Shown piece by piece: positions 50,817-61,566 of a stretch of DNA of 64,000 bases. Numbering within the stretch: the first letter of the stretch is position 1; each line of letters opens with the position of its first letter. Below the pieces are notes generated by a model. The model saw nothing but the letters and a program-made list of their open reading frames with translations, ran no database searches and was not told where the DNA came from. The translations under genes were made by a program, and so were the position numbers. This DNA comes from Thermodesulfobacteriota bacterium (lineage in GTDB: Bacteria; Desulfobacterota_D; UBA1144; Nemesobacterales; UBA2774). The stretch spans positions 2,592,001 through 2,656,000 of the forward strand of contig OZ244991.1 of the NCBI GenBank assembly GCA_965223335.1, in the 5' to 3' direction.

Positions 50817-51515
50817 TTGAATAATAATATCAAGCTTCTATACATGCTAGTCGTTTTAGGAGCACTAATGTTCTATCCAGATCAATTATATTCCAAAGAA
50901 AAAAATTTCCAAACCATCACAGAAACCGAGAAGATAACCCAAGACACAATATCGTTTCTAAAACAATTAACTTCGCTAGCTGCAAACAACAACATACCTA
51001 GGGATGTAGTCTGTAATGCTATGTGCTTTATTTTGTTCCCCGATATTAAACAAGTAGAGCTCAATAGAGGTTTCGAGGGCAACGGGCTATTGAGCTGTTA
51101 CAGACCCGACTCGAATTCGCTAACACCCCCGCTCTTTTATACTGTAAGTTCGATTAAATCCTACCCCGAAGCCGAGGCGGGTCTAGTAGTACTGGTCACC
51201 GACCCAAAGGGCGTGAGCTCCCTATTTTATAAAGAGACAGATTTAGTAGATGAAAACTCAAGCCCCGGCCCCACAAACAATCAGTACCCAGACCCTAAAG
51301 GTGCCCACTATACTACCTATTACAAACCCATCGATGGCGGAGTTAAAGGAATCAATATAAGCGGCAGCACAATCACCTACGGCTCTAAAAACACGTTTAA
51401 GGTCTATCAATCCGAGATTAACCCGGTCGACCTACTCTATACATCACCATCCATACCCCCGAGCCTAAAAGAGTACCATGACCTCCTTACGTCCTGGGTA
51501 GGACAATGCAAATAA
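50817..51515 (+). CDS. Exported protein, divergent SYLF/Ysc84-like
   Basis: IPRDVVCNAMCFILFP, GNGLLSC, GINISGSTI; RBS GGAGG, TTG start. Confidence 0.6.
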   Translation: MNNNIKLLYMLVVLGALMFYPDQLYSKEKNFQTITETEKITQDTISFLKQLTSLAANNNIPRDVVCNAMCFILFPDIKQVELNRGFEGNGLLSCYRPDSNSLTPPLFYTVSSIKSYPEAEAGLVVLVTDPKGVSSLFYKETDLVDENSSPGPTNNQYPDPKGAHYTTYYKPIDGGVKGINISGSTITYGSKNTFKVYQSEINPVDLLYTSPSIPPSLKEYHDLLTSWVGQCK

Positions 51516-51707
51516 CTATCTTCACATAATAGTTGCCAACCCAAATACTAAAAACAATTTCAGTGCAATATCCGGTCTCAGCTCTGTAATTCTATGTGTA
51601 GGACAAATATAAGTGGCAATGATCACAGAATCCGATATATTACTAGTAAAGCTGTAAAATCACACAACCGCCGCCAGGTCTTACTTTTTCATTTTCTTAG
51701 GATTAGC

Positions 51708-52175
51708 ATGAAGAAACTCTTCGTCCTATTACTACTCCTTACAGGCTGTATAGAGGTCGGTTCCGACTCGAGTGATGGCCTAATACAAGGCAAAGTACTT
51801 GAAGAGAGAGCTCTTAACGCCGCAGAGATAGCAGAATGGGCCGATCAAGCCGAGTGCATGGAACAAGCCAGCAAGGCCAGTGCTGAAATAAAGAATTTAA
51901 ACGCCACTCAAGCTCCCATAGTCAACAAGATTACTATCCGCCAAGAAGTCATATGCGACAACAGGCAAGAGGAAAACCTGGTAGCCTGTCACACCCAAAA
52001 CGAGATTGCGATACGAGCCGACCTAAGCGGCGATCAGTATTATAGGATCATACGCCACGAGGCCATCCACTGCATACTGCTGCTTTTGACCGGGAGCAAC
52101 GATAAACAGCATCGAACCATATGGTTCGACCCCGAGAACAATCCCTGCCCCGAAACTGACATATTGAATAAATAG
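51708..52175 (+). CDS. Lipoprotein with HExxH zincin-like motif
   Basis: MKKLFVLLLLLTG-C lipobox; IIRHEAIH. Confidence 0.65.
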   Translation: MKKLFVLLLLLTGCIEVGSDSSDGLIQGKVLEERALNAAEIAEWADQAECMEQASKASAEIKNLNATQAPIVNKITIRQEVICDNRQEENLVACHTQNEIAIRADLSGDQYYRIIRHEAIHCILLLLTGSNDKQHRTIWFDPENNPCPETDILNK

Positions 52176-52270
52176 GTATACGACCTCTCACACAAACCCA
52201 GACACAATAAGCTTAAGTATGTACTAAGAATAGGATCTAAAATTTAAGATAAATTAGGGGTGGAATAAGC

Positions 52271-52298
52271 GAGTGCAGGGCAGGCTTGCCCTGCACTC
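52271..52298. terminator. GC-rich hairpin between convergent genes
   Basis: GAGTGCAGGGCA-GGCT-TGCCCTGCACTC, perfect 12-bp stem. Confidence 0.65.
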
Positions 52299-52305
52299 TA
52301 ATTTT

Positions 52306-52515
52306 TTATACAGGCACTACATCTTGTGCCTGCGGACCTTTCTGGCCATCTACAACTGTAAACTCTACCTGCTGCCCTTCTTCCAGGGTGCGATAACCAG
52401 TAGCGTTAATCTCGCTGTAATGAACAAAAACGTCGTCTTGATTGTCACGTTCAATGAAACCAAAACCTTTGGTTGAATTGAACCACTTTACAGTGCCAAT
52501 CTCACGTTCAGCCAT
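52306..52515 (-). CDS. Cold-shock protein
   Basis: GTVKWFN..KGFGFI, DVFVHYS, KGPQA; RBS GAGGAGG. Confidence 0.96.
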   Translation of the reverse strand: MAEREIGTVKWFNSTKGFGFIERDNQDDVFVHYSEINATGYRTLEEGQQVEFTVVDGQKGPQAQDVVPV

Positions 52516-52796
52516 GTGGTAACCTCCTCATTTAATATTGGTTATGCTAGTGGTTCAAATCTGTTTAGATGGTGTATCTTAAATCGGACTGGAACTACTG
52601 CTACCAATTTTAAAATTAGCATAGTTGTTAGACGTCGTCAACACTGAATTTTATATAAAATATACATATCAGTTCATTTATCGGATCTGCAAGTAGTGTA
52701 AATGAGCTTGCTTAGCAAAGTCGTAACATCAAATAACCCTCTTATCCGATATCACATGAACCTTATATTCTCAAACAATCCGAATGACTCAAATGC

Positions 52797-54218
52797 TTAA
52801 CGAGGTTTTATGTTATGATTGAGCCTAAACAAATTCATAGGATCATATTTCGTCTTCAGATCCACCAGTTTTTCATAATGTGCACCGTAGGCCTCTTTTA
52901 CCCTGTCCGATTCTTCATGGGTCATGAAATTTACATAAGCTGTCCCGGTCGCGTGTTGGAGTGTGCTTTCATAGAACTCGCGCGCCCAAGATATGCATTT
53001 ATCGTCATCTGCCGCCGAGTCCCATCGCGCATGGACGTTTAGTACAAACTTGACATCCCTCCGAGAAAACGCCGTAGCACCCGGGTCAATCCTCTCCGTT
53101 GCACCCCCTAGCAGCCCAATGAATATCTCGCACTGCGGGTCGGGCAGCTTGCTTGCATACTCGATCATCGAATCCAGCGCACTCTCTTTTAGTTCCGAGA
53201 AATTATGCGTCTTCCAGTAGTTCCTTGCCCCGGGAGTTAGAAGCGGGTCAAACGCCTGCTGCCAGCCCACATACGGAAGCACGCCCACATGTTCCCCATG
53301 CATATTCCCAAATCCCCTAAGCGGAGCAATCTCTGCCTCTCCATCCTTAGGGTCGCCTGCATAACACATTGCCAAGACCACAACCTCTTTGCCGTGCACA
53401 TCCTCGGGCAAAAACGGCAGCGGCGGGGCCTTACGCAGCACTACCCATACATTTAGATCGTCGGTCATTGACTCCGAATAGTCATGATACTTTTTTAATA
53501 TTGTATCGGCCTGGTCGAAATCAAAAACCATAAGCCCTGCAAGCACCTCGGGCCCGACCTCATATAGATTAAATTCGAATAATGTCACAACCCCAAAATT
53601 ACCACCGCCCCCGCGCAGAGCCCAAAACAGATCAGGGTTTTCCTGCGCACTCGCTTTCATAAAGCTGCCGTCGGCCGTTACAAGATCCACTGAAACCAAG
53701 TTGTCTACGGTCAATCCGTATTTTCTACTCAACCACCCGAACCCTCCTCCTAATGTCAGCCCTGCAACCCCTGTAGTCGAGTTAATACCCACAGGTGTCG
53801 CAAGCCCGAAAGCCTGCGTCTCGTGGTCAAGGTCGCCCAATATTGCACCCGGCTCTACATATACTTTCTTTATCCCCGGATCCACCCTCACCGACTTCAT
53901 CTGCGATAGGTCAATGAGCAAGCCTCCATCGTTCAATGCATTGCCGGCAATATTGTGTCCCCCTCCCTTTACAGAAACCAACACACCGTTTTCCCTTGCA
54001 AAGTTAACAGAGTCAATCACATCCTTTGTACCCACACACCTTGCTATCATTCCCGGTTTCCGGTCTATCATTGCATTCCATATCGATCTACCCTCTTCAT
54101 AACCCTCATCCCCGGGCATACACAACTGCCCCCTGAATCCCGCTTGTAAGCCCTCAACAGCTTCCTCAGAAACCTCTACAGCTCCCCCTTCCAAAGCGCT
54201 AAGTGTTATATTTCCCAT
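52797..54218 (-). CDS. FAD-binding oxidoreductase (VAO/berberine-bridge family)
   Basis: KGGGHN, LRGGGGNFGVVT, YVNF, KYDPMNLFR. Confidence 0.92.
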   Translation of the reverse strand: MGNITLSALEGGAVEVSEEAVEGLQAGFRGQLCMPGDEGYEEGRSIWNAMIDRKPGMIARCVGTKDVIDSVNFARENGVLVSVKGGGHNIAGNALNDGGLLIDLSQMKSVRVDPGIKKVYVEPGAILGDLDHETQAFGLATPVGINSTTGVAGLTLGGGFGWLSRKYGLTVDNLVSVDLVTADGSFMKASAQENPDLFWALRGGGGNFGVVTLFEFNLYEVGPEVLAGLMVFDFDQADTILKKYHDYSESMTDDLNVWVVLRKAPPLPFLPEDVHGKEVVVLAMCYAGDPKDGEAEIAPLRGFGNMHGEHVGVLPYVGWQQAFDPLLTPGARNYWKTHNFSELKESALDSMIEYASKLPDPQCEIFIGLLGGATERIDPGATAFSRRDVKFVLNVHARWDSAADDDKCISWAREFYESTLQHATGTAYVNFMTHEESDRVKEAYGAHYEKLVDLKTKYDPMNLFRLNHNIKPR

Positions 54219-54404
54219 AATTCCCTCCCCTAATATATTTTTATTGTTTAATTCGTTCTTTATGGATGTGAATTTCAGGAGCGTAATAATGTATATCTAT
54301 CATATCTAATATCTAATTATCATAATTACTCATATTTCATGAGTTCTTTTTAGACTATAGTATAATATTTGAGTAATTACAATTAGTAAATATGGGGCGT
54401 ATCT

Positions 54405-55052
54405 ATGCTTATCAAAAGGGGTATCATGAACGATGTTAATATCATATTCTGTGTCGTATTAATCTCAGCATCTATAACATTTCAACAAACCTCAATCGCA
54501 CAATCCACCGAGGTCAAACTCAATGTATACGCTGTGAACTATCCCCTAGAGTACTTCGCCCAACGTATAGGGGGCGTTCAAGAAAAGGTCAATTTCCCAA
54601 TACCCGAGACTGAGAACCCGGCAACCAGGACACCTACGTCGGATGTCATAAGAGAGTACCAAAAGACCGACATAATCCTTCTAAACGGGGCGGGTTATGC
54701 CAAATGGATCGAGATGGCGACACTTCCTGCTTCAAAGCTCGTAAACACATCATCCGAGTTTAAAGACCGCGACATTACTGTTGAGAACGCAGTATCCCAC
54801 TCGCATGGAAATCAAGAAAGACACTAACACCCCGCTTAGCACAGACACCCTCGACCACTCAAAACACGAGCTTGATCACAGCCCTGCAAAGTGGATGCTT
54901 TTCTAAACCGAACCCTCAGAGGAACTGGAAGGTCAGTTGAATCAGGTTGGTGTGGGTAGTATAGTGTACCCGCTATGCGCTAACAAACCTGAGAACGGGG
55001 ATTATCTATCGGAGATGGAAAAAATATCGAGAACTTATCCAGAGCCTATTAA
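54405..55052 (+). pseudogene. Disrupted metal ABC transporter substrate-binding protein (ZnuA-like)
   Basis: VNYPLEYFAQRIGG, LNGAGY, HSHG then stop; C-terminal remnant PAKWML*..EP...CANKPENGDYLSEM with internal deletion and frameshift. Confidence 0.75.
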
Positions 55053-55085
55053 AAGCATCTTGCTCATTTCATTCCTGTGATTCTG

Positions 55086-55667
55086 TTAACTTGTAAAAAA
55101 CTTGTGTTTATCCTTCAGATACTTAAGTCCGTCCGACGCGTCCCCGAGTGGAACTGCAAACTCACCAACGATGTAGAGATATAATATGCGGCTTCTCATC
55201 TCTGACTCCTTCTTAGTGAAACCCATTGACCTAAACAATCCGCTTATAAAGGACAATCGTTTCTGATCTACTCTCTTTACAACGATCTCCGCTATTTCGT
55301 CAAAAGCCGCCCAGGCTCGTACATCACGGTCGTATTTTCCCGACTCTTCTTTTAGCACAAGACGCATAAACTCGTATAAGCACTCTTTGGGGTCTTTTGA
55401 TTTCGCCTTGGCCTTTTCAATCACTACAGTAGTTAATTCCTCTTCCCAGTATTTCGCAAGACTTATCAAAAAATCGTTACGGTGTTTAAAGTGCCAGTAA
55501 AAACTGCCTTTAGTTACCCCCATGTACTTTGCAAGAGGTTCAATATTTAACCCTCTTAGTCCGTACAAACTCAGAGACTCTAACCCACACCTGAGCCAAT
55601 CCTCACGAGTAAACTGTTTTTCCTTAGCTACCAGAGTTTTAAGCTTCACATTTTTTTTAACACTCAT
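55086..55667 (-). CDS. TetR family regulator
   Basis: HTH LAKYMGVTKGSFYWHF. Confidence 0.92.
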   Translation of the reverse strand: MSVKKNVKLKTLVAKEKQFTREDWLRCGLESLSLYGLRGLNIEPLAKYMGVTKGSFYWHFKHRNDFLISLAKYWEEELTTVVIEKAKAKSKDPKECLYEFMRLVLKEESGKYDRDVRAWAAFDEIAEIVVKRVDQKRLSFISGLFRSMGFTKKESEMRSRILYLYIVGEFAVPLGDASDGLKYLKDKHKFFTS

Positions 55668-55711
55668 CGGTTTTTATTGCTTTGCCTCCCCATGCCCCAT
55701 ACCCTACAGTA

Positions 55712-55741
55712 TTGACATTGCAGTATATATTCTACTATAAT
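55712..55741 (+). promoter_or_regulatory. Consensus sigma70 promoter
   Basis: TTGACA-18 nt-TATAAT. Confidence 0.65.
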
Positions 55742-56271
55742 CATTAATACTTATTAATACATGCTACTACATGTTGTCAAATATTAATAGTTGTTATATC
55801 TAAATTGGGCAATTAATGGGACCACTTACAAACTCTCTACTCTCGCTATCAAAAATTAAAATTTACAGGAAGATATGCAATCAAATTCTTCAATGGAGTA
55901 AGAAGCACGGAAAAATTTAACTTAGACCGGCTATTTTTCTTGGTAATCTGCAGTGAATTTTTTTCTCATTTTCTAACTATTCGAGTCACGTCGAGCAAAC
56001 TAAATTCACCCTATGAGGGCTTCTGGGGCTGACGATATTGAGTTTCGAGATTTTGATAATTTTAGTGGTAAGCCTAGTCATCTCGGGGGCTATGCTTCTA
56101 ATTACAAAGAGTTATGTTAATGAGTTTATCGAAATATTTATTATTTGACCCACAGCACACATAAAATTATTATAATACGGTGCTGGATCTATACTGAACG
56201 GCCGATCAGCACTATAATATTAGGTGATTCAGAAATTATCGGTATCGGTTTATTAATCAATGGAGATTTTG

Positions 56272-56901
56272 ATGAGTCAGGCTACAAAGCAGATCGAGTC
56301 CTCAGTAAAAGACCCCCAACTCATTGAGACCAGGCGAAAAGAGATCGTGAACGCCGCTGTAGAGCTCTTTGTCCGCAAGGGGTTCCATAAAACAACTATT
56401 AGAGAGATAGCCCAAAAATTCGGCATGAGTGTGGGCACACTATACGAATACATCACTACAAAGGAAGATATTCTGTTCCTGGTATGTGATCACATCCACT
56501 CCACTGTAAGGATGAGGGTTACACCCGAGTTGGCGATAACACAGGACAATAGTGAGACACTTGCCAATGCAATCGCCATATATTACAAGATAATTGACGA
56601 ACTCCAGGACTATATAATATTCTTATACCAAGAGACCAAATCACTATCTCAAGAGAACAGAAAATATATATTTAAAGCCGAACAAGACATGACCCGCATA
56701 TTCGAAGACATCCTCAAAAGAGGCATCGAATTAGGCCAGTTCTCTATAGAGGAAAGACAAGCACCACTCATAGCCCACAACATAATGGTGCTCGGGCAGA
56801 TGTGGGCATTCAGGAGATGGGTTTTACAAAAACACTATACACTCGACAGATATATCAAGCTGCAAAGCAACATAGTTCTAAAAGAAGTAACCAAAAAATA
56901 A
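56272..56901 (+). CDS. TetR family regulator upstream of icmF
   Basis: GFHKTTIREIA..GMSVGTLYEY, MWAFRRW; ATG at 56272 after GGAG. Confidence 0.92.
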   Translation: MSQATKQIESSVKDPQLIETRRKEIVNAAVELFVRKGFHKTTIREIAQKFGMSVGTLYEYITTKEDILFLVCDHIHSTVRMRVTPELAITQDNSETLANAIAIYYKIIDELQDYIIFLYQETKSLSQENRKYIFKAEQDMTRIFEDILKRGIELGQFSIEERQAPLIAHNIMVLGQMWAFRRWVLQKHYTLDRYIKLQSNIVLKEVTKK

Positions 56902-57064
56902 ATATTTCTTCTACATTATCTTGGCATGATTCAACTGAATACCCATTCAATACAAAAAATACACCAAAACATCAATCGCTATCATAATATTCTCAATGAT
57001 AGCATGCTGTTATATAATTTACCAGAAGACACCTATTGACATATCTTAATAGTATCAACTATTA

Positions 57065-57090
57065 TTATGCTGAACATTCGTTCAGTATAA
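57065..57090. promoter_or_regulatory. Palindromic operator upstream of icmF
   Basis: TTATGCTGAAC-ATTC-GTTCAGTATAA, abutting TTGACA(57036)-18-TATTAT; related site at 56190-56212. Confidence 0.7.
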
Positions 57091-57109
57091 TAATGCGTTA
57101 TCTAACATC

Positions 57110-60100
57110 ATGTCCCAAACAGACCTGGACGAGAGAATCAGTAGCGCTTACAATCCCAAAAACAAGATACGTATAGTATCCGCCACCTCCCTATTCGACG
57201 GCCACGACACAGCTATAAATATAATGCGGAGGATATTGCAATCCCGAGGAGCCGAAGTCATACACGTCGGGCATAACCGCTCTGCCCAAGAGATCGCAGA
57301 TGCCGCAATCGAGGAAGATGCCCATGCAATCGCACTCACATCCTACCAGGGCGGGCACCTGGAGTTTTTCAAATACGTATACGACCTGCTCGGGGCACAG
57401 GATTCGAATCATATCAAAATCTTCGGCGGTGGTGGGGGTACGATTCTTCCCCAAGAGATAGAAGAACTCCACGCCTACGGAATTGCCCGCATTTACACAC
57501 CAGACGACGGCAGAGCCATGGGGCTTGAAGGCATGATAAGCAATATGCTCGGCCAAATCGACTACCCGAACGGCAATCCTGACAAACAGAATATTCTTAG
57601 TACCATCCGTGACTCTTACAAACAGCTACCCGACACACATACTCGCAGCACACAAGGAATTCCAATCAAGGCACTAAGCCAACTGATATCGGCTGTCGAG
57701 AACAATCAAGATGCGTCCATATCGTTTATTGATCATATTAAGAATATAGTTCCCGAGCTACCCAAAACCCCAGTGCTGGGTATTACAGGTACGGGTGGAG
57801 CAGGTAAATCCTCCATAGTCGATGAACTGGTTCGGCGTTTTCTAAACGATTACGATGACCAAACAGTTGCGATAATCTCGGTTGACCCTTCAAAGAGACG
57901 GACCGGAGGGGCACTCCTTGGCGACAGGATTCGGATGAACTCCATAAACGACGATCGGGTCTTTATGCGCTCGGTCGCCACCCGACAATCTAACCTTGCA
58001 CTATCCAAAGCCGTCCCCGATATCATAAACATACTAAAATTTGCGGGGTACGATCTCATAGTGCTCGAGACCTCCGGCATCGGCCAGTCCGATTCAGAGA
58101 TCGTCGAGCTGTCCGACCTTTCTGTATATGTCATGACCCCTGAGTACGGCGCACCCACACAGCTAGAAAAAATCGTCATGCTCGATTACGCAGACATAGT
58201 GGCAATAAACAAGTTCGACCAGAAAGGAGCCGGCGATGCGCTTAGGGATGTTCGCAAACAGTACAAGCGCAATAATAATCTATGGGACACGGATGATAGC
58301 AAGCTCCCTATATATGGTACGGTAGCATCCAAGTTTAACGACCCGGGCACAGACACCCTATGGCGGGCGATAAAAGACCGGATCTTGCAGAGTGCCAACA
58401 CCAATGTCCTGCACATCACAAATACCTCGACAATTACAAGTGATTACACTCATATTATCCCGCACGATAGAATCCGTTATCTGTCCGAGATCTCAGATAC
58501 TGTACGTAAGTACAATAGCTGGGTAGATGAACAAGCAGAGGTGATGCAAAAGCTCTATGGGATACGATTAACAATTGATAATTTAAAAAAAGATAAAGAT
58601 TCTGATAACGACATAATCTGTGCCGAGTTAGAAGCTCTGTATGAGAATGAGAGTACTCGCCTAGATCCGGGGAACAAAAAAATAGTTGGGGAGTGGACCA
58701 ATAAAACAAACAACTACGCTGAAGATACCTTCACATACAAGGTGAGAGACACGGACATACAAATTGAGACCTACACCACATCGCTCAGCTCAACACGCAT
58801 ACCCCGCGTCTCACTGCCCAAATTCAAGTCCCACGGCGATATACTACGCTGGGTATTGCAGGAAAACGTCCCGGGCGAGTTCCCCTATACCGCAGGCGTG
58901 TACCCGTTCAAACGAACCGACGAAGACCCAACTCGGATGTTTGCCGGCGAGGGCGGGCCCGAGCGCACCAATAAGAGGTTCCACTACCTCTCTCTGGACA
59001 CCCCTAGCAAAAGACTCTCCACAGCATTCGATTCTGTCACGCTATACGGGGAAGACCCCGATTACCGGCCTGATATATACGGCAAGATCGGCAACTCAGG
59101 AGTATCCGTCGCATGTCTAGACGATGCCAAGAGACTCTACAGTGGGTTTAACCTCGCAGACCCTTCCACATCCGTCTCTATGACCATTAACGGCCCCGCT
59201 GCCACAGTGCTCGCATTTTTCATGAACACCGCTATTGACCAGCAATGCGAGCTATACATCAGACAAAACGGCCTTGAAAACGAGACAAAGAACAAGATTC
59301 AAAACATCTATTCAAAGTACTCCGAGCCCGTACCTAAATATAACGGCACCTTACCTCAAGGTAACGACGGCCTCGGTCTATTACTCTTAGGTGTCACAGG
59401 TGACCAGGTCATACCCAAGGAGGTCTATGATCGCATCAAGGTAGATACGCTTACCAAGATACGCGGCACCGTTCAGGCCGATATCCTAAAAGAGGATCAA
59501 GCTCAAAACACCTGTATATTTTCCACCGAGTTCTCGCTTAGACTCCAGGGCGACATACAGCAGTACTTTATTGATCACGATATAAACAACTTCTACTCTG
59601 TGTCTATTTCGGGCTATCACATGGCCGAGGCCGGTGCCAACCCCATCACACAACTCGCATTCACTCTGGCAAATGGGTTTACGTTTCTAGAGTTCTTTAG
59701 ATCAAGGGGCATGGACATTGACGAGTTCGCCCCCAATTTCTCGTTCTTTTTCTCAAACGGCCTTGAGCCCGAATACACAGTAATAGGCAGAGTGGCAAGA
59801 CGCATCTGGGCCAAAGCACTCAGATTAAAATATGGTGCAAACGAACGCTCTCAAAAACTCAAATACCATATACAAACCTCGGGCCGCTCGCTCCACGCCC
59901 AGGAGATTTCGTTTAACGACATAAGGAGCACGCTCCAGGCCCTAAACGCAATCTATGACAACTGCAACTCACTGCACACCAATGCCTATGACGAGGCCAT
60001 TACCACCCCCACCGAGGAGTCCGTACGCAGGGCACTTGCCATACAGCTCATAATCAACAGGGAGCTTGGCTCTGCCAAAAATGAAAACCCCCTGCAGGGA

Positions 60101-60562
60101 TCGTTTTTTATCGAGCAGCTTACAGACCTGGTAGAGAGTGCAGTGCTAGAAGAATTCGACAGACTCACAGAGAGAGGTGGCGTGCTGGGGGCAATGGAAA
60201 AGATGTACCAGCGGGCCAAGATCCAAGAAGAGTCCATCCACTACGAAACACTCAAAAACAGCGGGGAGTATCCAGTGGTGGGTGTGAACACGTTTTTATC
60301 AGACGACGGCTCACCCACAATTACCCCAAACGAGGTCATACGCTCCACTACAGACGAAAAAAATATGCAAGTGGACAATGCCGCATCCGTGCAAAAGCGT
60401 TTTGCTGCTCAATCCACCAAGTTGATAGAGTATCTCCAAAGCGTGGCTATTAACAACGAGAATATCTTCGAGGCACTGTTGGAAGCTACGAAATACTGCA
60501 CTCTCGGCCAGATCACACATGCGCTATACGATGTCGGCGGCCAGTATAGAAGGAATATGTAG
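57110..60562 (+). CDS. icmF: Fused isobutyryl-CoA mutase/MeaB-type GTPase chaperone
   Basis: B12-binding [19 protein letters not shown]; mutase domain [25 protein letters not shown]. Confidence 0.95.
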   Translation: MSQTDLDERISSAYNPKNKIRIVSATSLFDGHDTAINIMRRILQSRGAEVIHVGHNRSAQEIADAAIEEDAHAIALTSYQGGHLEFFKYVYDLLGAQDSNHIKIFGGGGGTILPQEIEELHAYGIARIYTPDDGRAMGLEGMISNMLGQIDYPNGNPDKQNILSTIRDSYKQLPDTHTRSTQGIPIKALSQLISAVENNQDASISFIDHIKNIVPELPKTPVLGITGTGGAGKSSIVDELVRRFLNDYDDQTVAIISVDPSKRRTGGALLGDRIRMNSINDDRVFMRSVATRQSNLALSKAVPDIINILKFAGYDLIVLETSGIGQSDSEIVELSDLSVYVMTPEYGAPTQLEKIVMLDYADIVAINKFDQKGAGDALRDVRKQYKRNNNLWDTDDSKLPIYGTVASKFNDPGTDTLWRAIKDRILQSANTNVLHITNTSTITSDYTHIIPHDRIRYLSEISDTVRKYNSWVDEQAEVMQKLYGIRLTIDNLKKDKDSDNDIICAELEALYENESTRLDPGNKKIVGEWTNKTNNYAEDTFTYKVRDTDIQIETYTTSLSSTRIPRVSLPKFKSHGDILRWVLQENVPGEFPYTAGVYPFKRTDEDPTRMFAGEGGPERTNKRFHYLSLDTPSKRLSTAFDSVTLYGEDPDYRPDIYGKIGNSGVSVACLDDAKRLYSGFNLADPSTSVSMTINGPAATVLAFFMNTAIDQQCELYIRQNGLENETKNKIQNIYSKYSEPVPKYNGTLPQGNDGLGLLLLGVTGDQVIPKEVYDRIKVDTLTKIRGTVQADILKEDQAQNTCIFSTEFSLRLQGDIQQYFIDHDINNFYSVSISGYHMAEAGANPITQLAFTLANGFTFLEFFRSRGMDIDEFAPNFSFFFSNGLEPEYTVIGRVARRIWAKALRLKYGANERSQKLKYHIQTSGRSLHAQEISFNDIRSTLQALNAIYDNCNSLHTNAYDEAITTPTEESVRRALAIQLIINRELGSAKNENPLQGSFFIEQLTDLVESAVLEEFDRLTERGGVLGAMEKMYQRAKIQEESIHYETLKNSGEYPVVGVNTFLSDDGSPTITPNEVIRSTTDEKNMQVDNAASVQKRFAAQSTKLIEYLQSVAINNENIFEALLEATKYCTLGQITHALYDVGGQYRRNM

Positions 60563-60588
60563 TAATTAAGGGTAAGATAAGCGCAGTT

Positions 60589-61119
60589 CTAGTTTCCATT
60601 AGCACATGGGGGCCTGACGGGAGCCCAGCAAAATCCACAGGAAGTATCCTCTACATTCACCCCCGGGATATTTATAAACAATGTAAGCCCACCAGGTAAT
60701 ATAGGTTCTATACTGTCTAGTGTCCCAACCATTTTACCCTTTATATTCTCACCGTTTTGATCTTGAACGATTTCAAACAAATTTATCGTGCTACAACTTA
60801 CAAATTCAGGGATGAAGGTCTCCCCTACTCCATCAACACGGAACTGGGTACCTATTCCTTGTGCCGCTTCTTCTTGAGAGACCAATAATGACGAGAACTC
60901 TATACTAAATTCTTGGGTCCTCAAATCACTCGTGCATTCATCGCACCCAAACCGTTGACCATCCATACTTAAAAATTCAGCAATACAAGTGATCCCACTA
61001 AAGTCGATCCCAATACATTCTTCACCATCGCCTGAATCACTAGAATTACATGCGACAGTTAGCGCAATGCATATCATCAAGAGTAGTCTATAGGCCATAT
61101 CCAATTTTATTTTCTCCAT
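60589..61119 (-). CDS. Cys-rich predicted lipoprotein
   Basis: Lipobox TVA-C; two CxxC and further Cys. Confidence 0.65.
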   Translation of the reverse strand: MEKIKLDMAYRLLLMICIALTVACNSSDSGDGEECIGIDFSGITCIAEFLSMDGQRFGCDECTSDLRTQEFSIEFSSLLVSQEEAAQGIGTQFRVDGVGETFIPEFVSCSTINLFEIVQDQNGENIKGKMVGTLDSIEPILPGGLTLFINIPGVNVEDTSCGFCWAPVRPPCANGN

Positions 61120-61566
61120 AATTATATCAATAACAAATATAATAATAATTTACAGTTGCTATATTTAGTATCAAGATTGCCGAATCTATCTTATAATATA
61201 AATTTCCATATCCTCACACTCTCGATATCACACTTACTAAACTGCGGGTGTATGTGGAGCTATTTGCTTATGTTATTTTCTTATATATAGATTGCTTAGA
61301 TTCGTGGCCAGTACAGAAGAAACATGTAAAGATTTTAACTAGTTAGCGGATTGTTCTAGCATTTGAACTACACTCAATCTCAACCTAAAGCTCCGTTTTC
61401 TCAGTATAGACTGAATCCAAACAACCTTCTATTACACATCGGTGTTTGTTACCGACTGGTATAACGGTTATAATTCTCGATCTTTGATAGTTAAACAGTA
61501 TTAATGATAATGTATAGTAATCAGAGATAAAATATATCAGATAGCTAATCTTTAAGAGGCCGATAC

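Noticed and set aside
56902..57109. Cobalamin riboswitch upstream of icmF
   Set aside because: The region is short and AT-rich with no B12-box; it contains a promoter and operator instead.
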